From Octopus bimaculoides (lineage: Eukaryota), in assembly GCF_001194135.2 (NCBI RefSeq), contig NC_069001.1:39313201-39377200 (forward strand): a stretch of DNA of 64,000 nt. Reading direction: 5' to 3'. Positions 11,804 through 23,349 of the stretch are shown piece by piece. A program made the translations under genes and the position numbers. Below the pieces are notes generated by a model. That model was not told the DNA's origin. It saw only the letters and a program-made list of their open reading frames with translations, and made no database searches. Each line of letters opens with the position of its first letter. The first letter of the stretch is position 1.

Positions 11804-13703
11804 NNNNNNNNNNNNNNNNNNNNNNNNNNNNNNNNNNNNNNNNNNNNNNNNNNNNNNNNNNNNNNNNNNNNNNNNNNNNNNNNNNNNNNNNNNNNNNNNN
11901 NNNNNNNNNNNNNNNNNNNNNNNNNNNNNNNNNNNNNNNNNNNNNNNNNNNNNNNNNNNNNNNNNNNNNNNNNNNNNNNNNNNNNNNNNNNNNNNNNNNN
12001 NNNNNNNNNNNNNNNNNNNNNNNNNNNNNNNNNNNNNNNNNNNNNNNNNNNNNNNNNNNNNNNNNNNNNNNNNNNNNNNNNNNNNNNNNNNNNNNNNNNN
12101 NNNNNNNNNNNNNNNNNNNNNNNNNNNNNNNNNNNNNNNNNNNNNNNNNNNNNNNNNNNNNNNNTATACATACATATAAGATTTGTTTAAATGATTGCAA
12201 GACAACTACAAGATGTTTCATAGGCACTCAGCTCTGGGTAGACGCAGGCTTACTTATAAAAGACACAAATGTAAACCAATGAAATGGATTACCTAACTCC
12301 TGTTGTTTTGTCATTCATTAATTGATGTAAAACTCTGTATTGATCTGGCGGGTTATTGTAAAGTATAACTACATTAAGTTGTAACCACTGATTATTATTA
12401 TCACTATACCCATACAAATACATATTTGTCGATGAAGAACTGAATGCAAATGTGGAGCGCAATAATTCATTTAAGCCGGCTCCGTGGTCTGTTACGCCGG
12501 AGTTTCGAGGGCATGTGGCCACTTTTCAGAGAGGTCAAATTGGTCGAAAAGACACGTTACACCAGACCAAATGTGGTTGCAATGCAGTGGATACTGTTCA
12601 CTACCCTCGAAATTCTGTTTTACCCCCAGAGCATGGCACAAATCATTGCCGCACACTGGGATCGATCTTCATATTCATTTTGTTGCAAACCTATTATGTC
12701 AAGCGAAATTGCAATGACTGCACCCAGTTAAAAGAAGAGGTTTCTTTTGTAATTGTTTCTTTTGTAATTGAGTCTAAAACATTAGAACGATTGTGAATGA
12801 AACGCTCAAGGGGGGAATTGGTGGTGTTGATGATATTTTACGAACGTCTATTGCTACAGGGAATAGCATTTGACAATGTCTAGAGACATTCAACTGACAT
12901 GAAAGCCACCTTTAACGAGATCAAATGAATGTTTACAAGCTGAAACATTGACGTACTCTGTGTATTTCAACCACTTCTGAATAAGACCTGAACTGAAGAC
13001 AAAGAAGCGAGGCGGACAGTTCTGAAATGGTGTCGGTATAACATTCAGTCAGTTGGAGAAGCGAATAAATGGAGAAACGAATAAAGTTGATTAGATCAAG
13101 GGAATGTGCTTTGGTGGAGGTCATAAGTTCGCCTCACAAACATGTTGCATTCCGCACTAAATATTCCACGATAGTTTCTCTAGCATTCAACCGATTTTCT
13201 CATCTGTTGCCCTCCCCTTTATAATTATAACAATAAAAACTACATTAATATAATTAATATTATTAAAATTAATGGCTCTCTTAACATTATTGTTTCTATT
13301 TGTGTTGTGAATATTCATACGAAGTAACTTACTATCAATTATTGACTTCGTACAGTGAAATATATGACTGGCATTAGGTTTAGGTATTTATTTATCTCTG
13401 TATGTATGCATAAATAAATATATACATATCTATGTATCTATTTGTGTGTACATATACACAAACACACATACATATATAAATATATATGTGTGTATACATG
13501 TATATCGCCAACATCGTGCATACAGACACACATATATATCTGAATGTGTAGGTATGTATACATTTACATGTATATGTATACACGTTTATATATGTATACG
13601 CATATATACACAAATGTGTACATATACAAATATATCATACACACACACACATACAATATAAAGTATAACAGTATCTTTTCCTCTGCATATTCTCTCTTTA
13701 TTT

Positions 13704-13800
13704 GTCTAATATTAATTTTCTTTTCCTTTTTAGGTAAGTTAATTTGCCATTTTTCTCCCTATACAACTCGAAGACGAAGTTTATTCCCTCAGGTAAGATA
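13704..13800 (+). promoter_or_regulatory. Candidate recursive splice site (AG|GTAAGT at 13732-13739) with 59-nt cryptic exon 13734-13792 and downstream donor GTAAGA at 13793
   Basis: gtctaat at 13704-13710, tract ttttcttttcctttttag, then GTAAGTT; second donor CAG|GTAAGATA. Same spacing and shared internal motifs as 1816-1911. Confidence 0.55.
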
Positions 13801-14654
13801 AGTGTATACACATACACACACTCATACACACACACTCACATACATACACACTCACACACATGTATGTATATATATATATATATATAGATAGATAGATATT
13901 TATGATTACATGTATATATACAACCACACACACACACTCATTCACACACATATATTCATGATTAATATAATTTCCTTATTTCAATTATTCTAGCACAATG
14001 AGGAACATTTGCTAAATTATAGCAGATGAAATGTCAGTTGATGTTTGAGGAAGCGGGTGAGAGAAGGAAAGAAAGAAAGAAAGAATGTTGTGGGCGTTTG
14101 TGATCGAGAGAGAGAGGTGCGGGAGTGAGAGGGAGAGAGAGAGGGGGGAGTTGGATGTGAGGCCAGTAATGGAATAATGCATAAAAGGAAGGGAATTTAA
14201 TTGTAAAATAGTTGGGGCATCAGCGGGGAATTAGGTGCATCGATCTAGGCGGGTGAGTTGTGATTCATCCGATTGGTTTTTGTAAGAAAATAGTTGGGTG
14301 GAAATAAGGGAAAGAAAATGTAATGCTCGTCTGATAATAGCTTCCCGGTGAACTGCTATTGGTCGACAAGAAATGGCGTGGAAACGGAAGTCATTCACAT
14401 TTATGGACTCGATTTGACTGGTTGATCGGATAAGCGAATTAAAATATTTGTGCGATTTAAAACCATTTAAGCAAGCAGGAAGTCTCTAGTTCAGAATGGC
14501 ATTTTTGAAATGCATGATTGAAAATTGTTCGTGATTCAGAAATGCAAACTACATTTAGACTGTAAGAATGGGAGAGAGAAACTATTCCTCACTTTGCCAT
14601 ATATGGCAAAGGGAAACTATTCCTCACTTGACGAATCAGATTGAGAGTTCCCTT

Positions 14655-15072
14655 GTCGTTTGACGAGAATTTGGTTTAATCGCTCTTAATCGAACTCAAC
14701 TGGACGGCCAGAACGAGGTGCGTCTTTGAGGTCAAAATTTCCATTTTTAAACCTGGCATACCAATCACGACCGGTTCTTTCAGCCATGGCACCCTCTCCA
14801 TACACAGCACAAATGTCGCAAGCAGCTTTTGCAGCCTTAGAACCTTGATTAAAAGCAAAATGAAGGAGGTGTCGAAAATGCTCGTTTTTCTTAACTTGAC
14901 ATTCCATCTTAATGACCTGAAAATAAACAAAAATTAACTAAAATTTAACTAGAAAAAAAACAAAACAAAAAGCAAAATAGATTCCAAGATGATTCAAAAA
15001 TAGAATTCTCGAAGAAAAAAATAGATTCCAAAATTTAAAAAAAAAACGGCGGGAACTTAGTTGCCAACCCAA
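14655..15072 (-). mobile_element. Mariner transposon left end: TIR plus N-terminal HTH region of transposase, truncated
   Basis: ORF 14686-14907 MECQVKKNEHFRHLLHFAF...ICAVYGEGAMAERTGRDWYARFKNGNFDLKDAPRSGRPVEFD is a Mos1-type N-terminus. TA-TTGGGTTGGCAACTAAGTTCCCGCCG terminus (minus strand) at about 15046-15074 resembles mellifera-type TIRs. Confidence 0.9.
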
Positions 15073-15699
15073 TATATTAAACTGTTCATTCCACCGAACA
15101 TTTGAAGGATAGAGTTATTCCTCTTGTGAATATATTTTGTTTTTCAAACGTTAATATTTCCCAATGCAGGAGTTTTATTATGGAAGCCAATCTTTTTCTG
15201 ATTTATTTGAACTCAACTGTTCTCTGAAATCTTAAATTGAGTTACTCCAAATATTTCAGATTTTCTCCTATTGATTGATCTGTCGGAGGTCACCACGATA
15301 CTCCTTCACCCTTTTCTACCCCATTTTACAATTTTCTATGCTACCTACTTTATGGACGCACACACACACATACACGCTCATGCACACACGAATGATTGAA
15401 CAAACGAAAGAAAGTAGTACCGAACATATTTAGTAGAAATTACATATTTTTAATAGCAGTTTGACTCAGCTTAAAGTTTCTCGGATGAGTATAGACAGAC
15501 AGACAGACGGACAAGCATAGAGTGGGATGTTTCCCTTAACAACTTGGGAGACGAAACTAAAGCAATGATGACTGCCAATGCTTTCAACATTATCAAACGT
15601 TTCTATCACGCTTTCTCAAACACTGAGTTCTGTGTGTTTAGTGCTATCCCTATTCCATTACAATAGGTGTGTTAAGTTTATTCCTACTGACACACACAT

Positions 15700-15750
<51 letters not shown>

Positions 15751-16514
15751 CGCATACACACACATATGTAAGTTGTTTTCCCTGTATATAATTTTATTTA
15801 CGTGTTTGTTTGTAATTGCTTTACTATTAAGTTTGATCTTTGACACGATAAAGGTTGCCATAAATGTGTACTTAAATGCTAAACTGCATCTCGATAGCGG
15901 TAGTTATATTGGTCTGTAACATTTGAGTCGTCGTCTCGCCATATTTTTATTATAAAGAAGCGCTTTTGATCTCAGTGAATAAATAGATTCGGAAGAAATC
16001 CGTGATGATGGCCGCTGTCAAATACCAAATACACCGAACATAAAAACAAAGCTACAGAATTGAATAAATTAGTTTTCTGCCAGAAATCTGAAGCGACACG
16101 TTAAAGTTCTCCTCTCCCTTTCGATATAAACGTTTATTCCAGTTTGTGGTTTTTCATTTTAGCTTTCTCTGGTTTCATTTCATTTACGGCAATTACTGGA
16201 GACGCTGATTTTAACAACGTCAAACAACAGAATCCAGAGAATCGGTTTTCGGTGCTGTTTGATTGAACTAAAATTAATTCGAGGCAGCACATAGCAGATC
16301 CTGGAATGAATAGACATGGTAAGGGGTTAACGATAGATGTTCAATAGGCAGAAAATAATGAAAATCAATACTTATCGAAATGAGAAGTCGCCCTTCAATG
16401 AAACAGTCAATACATCAAATATGTTCGATCACCATGACAATCAATCAGATTTATCCAAAACTCGTCAAATTCGTAATTTCTCCCGAAAGAGACAAAAGAT
16501 GGCCAAGTAATCTA

Positions 16515-16690
16515 TGCATTCGCTTGACCTCCTAAAACTAGCAGCTAAATCTCTCGCATCTCACACTTTATCGTGAAATGATGGAGAGAATGTTATGTTT
16601 GGATAGTGTGAAGTTACATAGACTGTATCAAAACCCCAAAGACGCGATGATCAATACTGGAATGTCTCCATCATAGTTCTACGTGATCAG
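16515..16690 (-). repeat. Family D dispersed repeat fragment
   Basis: gacctcctaaaactagcagctaaatctctc...gatgatcaatactggaatg is the reverse complement of the family D modules. Confidence 0.55.
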
Positions 16691-16744
16691 TATTTACCGA
16701 TGGTCAACAAACCCTGCCTACTTATATATCATTCGCCATGATAG

Positions 16745-16936
16745 ATCGCTAGCCACGAAACCTTTTTTCTATTTTCTCTCCCTGTTTCTTTCTGTGTTCC
16801 TTTCTGTCGAAGAGCGAAGGGTCGAAACGTAAAAGACTTTCTCACTTCCCAAGCGTTAAAATAATATTTGTTTGTTGTTTACTCACCCGTCTTCGTTTTT
16901 CTGTTTTTTTTTGTTTTTTTTTTTGTAAATTCTCAC

Positions 16937-16940
<4 letters not shown>
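16745..16940 (+). mobile_element. Possible Penelope-like element end (pseudo-LTR) with degenerate minimal hammerhead core at 16807-16831
   Basis: tcGAAGAGcgaagggtCGAAACGTA resembles CUGANGA-G..C-GAAAC-GUH; it is followed by a T-rich tail ending at a (TA)n tract. Confidence 0.45.
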
Positions 16941-16971
<31 letters not shown>

Positions 16972-17364
16972 GCACACAATGATATATATGTATTCATATG
17001 TATACATACGTATGTACATGCAAACAAACACACATACACACTTATAGAGCTGTCGGATCTCTACGGAAAATGCCGTAAACAAATGAATGCTCACGTGCCA
17101 AATAAATTTCCCGGAATTGGCCGATAGTTTCAGCTTTCAAATTTAACAGTTTTCTAATGTTACCAATAATCACTATTTATTTCTGCTGCTAATCTTTCAA
17201 GTAGGTTGTAGCTGAAAATAATATAATCTCGCAATGAAAAATTTAATGGATGCTGAAAAATCAATGACTATAAAATATTCCTGTGGACAAACACATTTGA
17301 AGTTCTCGACTATCAATGCCGTGCCATCATCTTAATCGCCATTTTTACGTTCTCTTGTCTATAG

Positions 17365-17442
17365 GCGTTGCTGCTTTTCTGTGTAGTGGTATCTACCTCC
17401 TTTTAAAAGCTACAAAAGCTGAGATATTCTATAAGCGACTGC
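17365..17442 (+). CDS. Candidate 78-nt symmetric (phase 1-1) exon of unknown host gene, GVAAFLCSGIYLLLKATKAEIFYKRL
   Basis: Acceptor ttttacgttctcttgtctatag, donor GTATGT, stop-free, hydrophobic. No family recognised. Confidence 0.2.
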
Positions 17443-18249
17443 GTATGTCGTCACCTTCTTATCCGATTCAGTGGATATTCATGATTGCGTTGGGGCAAGT
17501 ACTCGGCGCTGCTTAAGGAGTTAACTCCGGTTCATTATTGCCGAAGTCATGCAAGAAATGTTAGTCTAATATGGTTTCAATAAGATTTTCTTAAATGATT
17601 ATGCGTTGGTTTGGAGGAAGGTACTGGACCAAAAACCTTCAGAGATCCTCCGACGCAGAGACGCCGATAAAAATGCTATTTTGGAGGGTAATCAAGTATT
17701 TTTTAACAAATATATCCAAATACGATAACTTATCTCTGCTATATTCCACAGTAGAGTGGTTGCTCTTGTTAACACTTTATGAAAGTCTTGAATTGAGAAA
17801 GTCTATCGAAAACTTCTTTCAAATAAGAAAATACAATCCTCTTAATATTCCTCCCAACTTCTCATTGAATGTACTTTAGAACCCCTTGTAATGTGTTTTG
17901 GAAACAATACGATATTTTCGAAAATGTAATAAGGCCTTTGGAAATAATTTTCGTGAATCAGGATTTCGGTGCATTTTTTTGTATTTTGAAATGATTTCAC
18001 TCTAATAATGTGATCGGGAATTAATTCACTGCAATATAAAAGGAAAAATGCATTTTCTTATTTTCCACAACGCATACACATATACATACACATGATATAT
18101 ACATACATACTGTACTTATATATGATGTATATTATAATATAATTTATATATATTATATGTATATAGGTATAAGTATATATATATGTATGTATATGTGTAT
18201 ATGTATGTATGTGTATATGTGTGTGTGGGTGTGTATGCGTGTGTATAAC

Positions 18250-18308
<59 letters not shown>

Positions 18309-20497
18309 ATATATATGTGTATATGTATGTACACCTTTTTGCAACTTTGCGCAGGCCTCTGAGCAGTTATCTCCATGGCATTTTTCTCTGTCATGGCCAA
18401 TGCGACGATCACACGCTACACACTTTCCTGCTGTAAACAGGAGAAGTGAGCTAGAAAGTTAAAACTTAGTGCCCATGCACAGCAGAATTTAGGGTCAATC
18501 TGTGCCGGCAACAGTTTGGATACTTATTGATCAGACCTCGTATATGTATATACAATTACGTACATACATATGTACATTCATAAAACGCACACATAAACTT
18601 TATGGTCTGTGTTTCTTGTGTTCTTATTGTACAGATTCGATGAATTGCCAATAAATTGGAGAGATCAAAGCGTTTAAAATAAGTACATCAGATAGCGCAC
18701 AAGGGGTTTTACTCGGTTAAAAATTCCGAGTGTGTGATAGCTGTTGAAATAAGGTTCCTGTGTCTGTGAGGGTATCTAAATAATAATGATTGTATAGAAA
18801 AAATAGTACAATGACAATTATTTTATATCTGTCTACGATTATATGTCTGCATATTCCAGACATTTATTTGACAGATTTCGAAACCGCAAATAGCGTCAAT
18901 TCATTTTAAATCCAGCAGACTACGGTGACTTATAGAATATATACAATAGTATATACAATATCAACAATGGTATATTACCAGATTCAATAGAATCTATTTG
19001 GAAGTGGTAATAAAAGTAGATCTAATGTAATATAAATATATTTGCTGTGGAGGGAAAAAAATATCTACATTTTCGATATTAACCATTTTTTATGATAAAG
19101 GATAAGAAAGCGAGAATTGACAAGGAAATCTCCACTTGCTTATTATAAAGAAGAGGTAGTTATGATAGCAGAAAGATGTAGATAGATCTGAAGTCAGTGT
19201 TGTGTTGCTGTTTATCTATGAGTCAACTGTAGTCCACCAGGCATTTGAACAAAGACTCTTCTGTTTCTCTCACTTCTCTCTTCTACGGCTACATTATTTA
19301 TATAAGTTGATAAGATTATGATTTGAGGGAGATAAGGCTGGTATTTCTAACAGAAGGATACTCTGCCATTGGCTCGTTCTCATGGAGATAATTGTGGTCT
19401 GAAATATGCGATATGCTCTAAATGGAATATATTTCGCCTGTCGACAGGTCGATGACTTGTGGAAGCTCTTATCAAATCTCCATTGCATGTCGTTTTATAA
19501 CAACCATCCTTGAAATACAGGAGAAACATAATAATTGCTTAAATGTTGAACATGTCTGGACTTAAAACGTAACGACTCTATATTTAGAATGGAAGAAAAG
19601 TTTGGTATAGATGCAAGACAGACGGCATGGTAATGGAAATGTTTTACTTGAAATAGGAAGAATTTTGTGAAAGCATTTACTAGAAAAATTGAGATGTTAA
19701 TTACGTCGGAAAATTCCATTATAGAATGGATTCTTTAAGAGTTTTTACACTCGCCGGTTTCTTCGGTTTATAGTTCCAGTCGTCATCTTCTCAAGAAAAT
19801 ATACTTTGAACGTTTAAGTAAAGTTTCCTCACACGAGTACAACTCCACGTATTTACTTTTTGAAATCCAATATTTCAAACGGAAAATACTTTATATAGTT
19901 TTGTTTTCCAATACTATTTAATTTTTGTCTAGTCCATGTTGTCATTAAAATTAGTTTAATGTTAGCAGCTATCTAATTTCAATTAGAGTTTCTCATTTAA
20001 ATTAAACTTGTTTCTCACATCGGTATTGAAACGAGTAAATATTTCCCTGCTCCATAAATGTCGACAAACTTATTAACTATTTCCTATAAAACAATGATTG
20101 AAGCTAACCTGACAGTATTGAACCTTCCACCAGTTACACCTGACTACCAATTTTTACCCTTCCTTTTCACATATCAGTAGTTGTCTCACGTCCTACCAAT
20201 GCTGAACAGTTGATTAATTATATATCTTTTTTCATTATTATATTGCCTGGCAGTAAAGCTAGACAGTCGCAGCCTGTTATCTTGCAAACAAACACGGAGG
20301 GTGATAATTTATAAGTTCATGTGTTAATCAGTTAAATATTGGCTTCGCCATTCTATGACGTCATACCAAGATTCCATGTTGGATTTGCAGAGGAGAAATG
20401 TGATGCGGCGTCAGATGAATTGTTGCATTCGAACTGAATTTTTTAAAAGTTCAATCGATATTTTCTTACAATTACTAGTTATGACATATACATACCT

Positions 20498-20563
<66 letters not shown>

Positions 20564-21204
20564 NNNNNNNNNNNNNNNNNNNNNNNNNNNNNNNNNNNNN
20601 NNNNNNNNNNNNNNNNNNNNNNNNNNNNNNNNNNNNNNNNNNNNNNNNNNNNNNNNNNNNNNNNNNNNNNNNNNNNNNNNNNNNNNNNNNNNNNNNNNNN
20701 NNNNNNNNNNNNNNNNNNNNNNNNNNNNNNNNNNNNNNNNNNNNNNNNNNNNNNNNNNNNNNNNNNNNNNNNNNNNNNNNNNNNNNNNNNNNNNNNNNNN
20801 NNNNNNNNNNNNNNNNNNNNNNNNNNNNNNNNNNNNNNNNNNNNNNNNNNNNNNNNNNNNNNNNNNNNNNNNNNNNNNNNNNNNNNNNNNNNNNNNNNNN
20901 NNNNNNNNNNNNNNNNNNNNNNNNNNNNNNNNNNNNNNNNNNNNNNNNNNNNNNNNNNNNNNNNNNNNNNNNNNNNNNNNNNNNNNNNNNNNNNNNNNNN
21001 NNNNNNNNNNNNNNNNNNNNNNNNNNNNNNNNNNNNNNNNNNNNNNNNNNNNNNNNNNNNNNNNNNNNNNNNNNNNNNNNNNNNNNNNNNNNNNNNNNNN
21101 NNNNNNNNNNNNNNNNNNNNNNNNNNNNNNNNNNNNNNNNNNNNNNNNNNNNNNNNNNNNNNNCGTCAATCAAGTTGCTTTTTTTTGTTGTTCTCTTTAA
21201 TCAT

Positions 21205-21590
21205 TCATTAAAAACATTCCCTCTTTTATCTTTTTGTTATAGTTTCATCTCCAACGCTTCTCATTTTTCTTTTTCCTGTTGTTCCTCTTTTTCTTCTTCC
21301 TCTTCTCCCCTCCATCCCTTCCTACTCTGCTCTGCCCTCTTCCTTTTCTCACTTTTTCCTTTCCTACCTTACTATTTATATTTTTCTCTCTCCCATATCC
21401 CACATTGCAATACCTCCTCCTCCTTCACCTTGACCTCCTGCTTCCACCTTACTTTACACCTCCCTCCCCTTGTCAATCTAATCCACATCAAACTCCCCTA
21501 CCATTACCACGATCCCTCCCCCAGGCCCTTCCTCCCCTTTTCCCCATCTCCTCTCACTACACCCTCTCGTTGTGATCTGCCACACACACA
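21205..21590. repeat. Long C/T-rich low-complexity tract
   Basis: Strongly pyrimidine-biased + strand. Confidence 0.85.
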
Positions 21591-21686
21591 CACACACACA
21601 CACGTTATCATCTGTTCCATTCATATGAAATCAATAGCGCACTCACCTCAACTCTCATCATGTTTTATTCTCGTACAGATTTCATA

Positions 21687-21809
21687 ATGAAATATACTCA
21701 TAAATCCACTTGCATAATCCAATACGCTCGACTGCTGCTGCTGCTGCTGCTATTGATGCTGCTGGTGCTCCTCCTCATCCTTCCCTCCCACCACTACTAC
21801 TGTCTCTGC
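21687..21809 (+). CDS. Candidate first coding exon with signal-peptide/anchor-like poly-Leu
   Basis: Acceptor ttttattctcgtacag (21677-78), ATG at 21687, MKYTHKSTCIIQYARLLLLLLLLMLLVLLLILPSHHYYCLC, donor GTGCGT at 21810. The Leu run derives from a (CTG)n repeat, so it may be incidental. Confidence 0.2.
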
Positions 21810-23349
21810 GTGCGTGTATATGTATGTGTATATACATACATATCTGCATATATTTATTTGTATACATCCATATATGCCAAAATCGTTTTCAATATGACGA
21901 ATGCCAACGGTGTTGCCACCTTGATCCTCTTCACGAATGGACACTGGGCAGCGGTTCTTATACTCGGGAAACAGTGAAAGCGTCAAAAGCTGGAATCCTT
22001 GGAACTACTTCACCGACAATGACGTCACTAACTTGTATTATGTTGAGAGTGAGAAAGATCACAATGTGCAAGAAAATCAGACTACTGCGTACACTGGTCC
22101 CTTAAATCGGTCTCTATGAACGCCTGACTTGGAGTCTCACTTGACAAATACAGCAAAAGTTAGAGGTATTGGAAATATGTTGTTTGTGCAGCATCTTATT
22201 CGTCTCATACTCGGCCGATATCGTGAATAAACACCAAACATCTCATTGTTGAAGAATTAGGGACCTCAATTTGTCAAAAGCTAAGCCTTAATCATCTCCA
22301 TCATTTCTCTTTCCACATACACTTCTCTGAAATCTGGGCAGACAATAAATGTAGACGGTAGTGGAACCTCTCAGCAAACAGGGACACGCAGTCATTAGTG
22401 AGAATTCGATTTAGAGATGAAATCGAATGACTTGGAAAAACCAACACAATTATTAACTCCATGTGATAGGAAGATGACAGCTGGTACAATCCGCCATACA
22501 ATATGACTGTTATCCACTCGTTGTTAAAAGCAATTTGCTGCAACAAAAGTAAATACAAGTTCTTTAATAAAGCAGCATAAAGGTAAACTATAGCGACGAA
22601 TTGTCTAAAATTCTAAATCTCTCAGCAGATTTGAAAATTGAAATACTTCGCTGTCTTTGCATGAATATATTCTCTCGTACCCCATGAGAAATGCCTATGG
22701 AAAGAGCTTTGATTTAAAGTTACAAAAACAAGTTTAACAGGAAAGGCAACATTATAAGTGTTAAGAGAGAAAAATCATCAAAAGCAGGAATGATGTGAAT
22801 ATCAGCTTTTGATGTTTTGGCTTTTCAAACATAAGAATCAACTGAAAATCAGCGTCTATACATTTGGAATCTTAAAGTAAAAGGAAGTTACAGCGCTCTG
22901 ATGAAATAGAATATTGTCCAGTAAGGTGTGGACTAAATAAAACTCAATAAACTGAGGAACCGAGCTGCTCAAGAAACAAACGAAAAAAAACCCAGCATAA
23001 TTAATATAATTTGTCTTGATTAATTTCCTTTTGATTTTAAATTTATCAAATTCCCTGAAGCAACCTAAAAGCAATAATGTATGTCGAAAGAATTAACTTG
23101 TGTTTTAGGGTCACTTGTTTATTGTGTCTTATTGGAATGCATCACTTATCAACGTTTTCTATGACTGAATTATTGGGTGTCCTTGCTTGCATCGCTTTGG
23201 CGCCACACTTAAGAGGACAGTTATGTAACAAGATTATCATTAAATGAAGTAAAGTTATGACTGGTCTTATTTATGTTATGACTAAATCTATAAGTGTTAT
23301 AGCAAAACTATGTAAATGCTGTAATGTTACGATTAACTGAACAGTGTTC

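Noticed and set aside
12289-12796. Overlapping 77-114 aa ORFs on both strands with some Cys pairs
   Set aside because: No recognisable domain and no convincing splice sites; ORFs of this size arise by chance. A transcript search would be needed.
16001-16091. GTGATGA...CTGA suggesting a C/D snoRNA
   Set aside because: No terminal stem, no C'/D' boxes and no recognisable rRNA guide.
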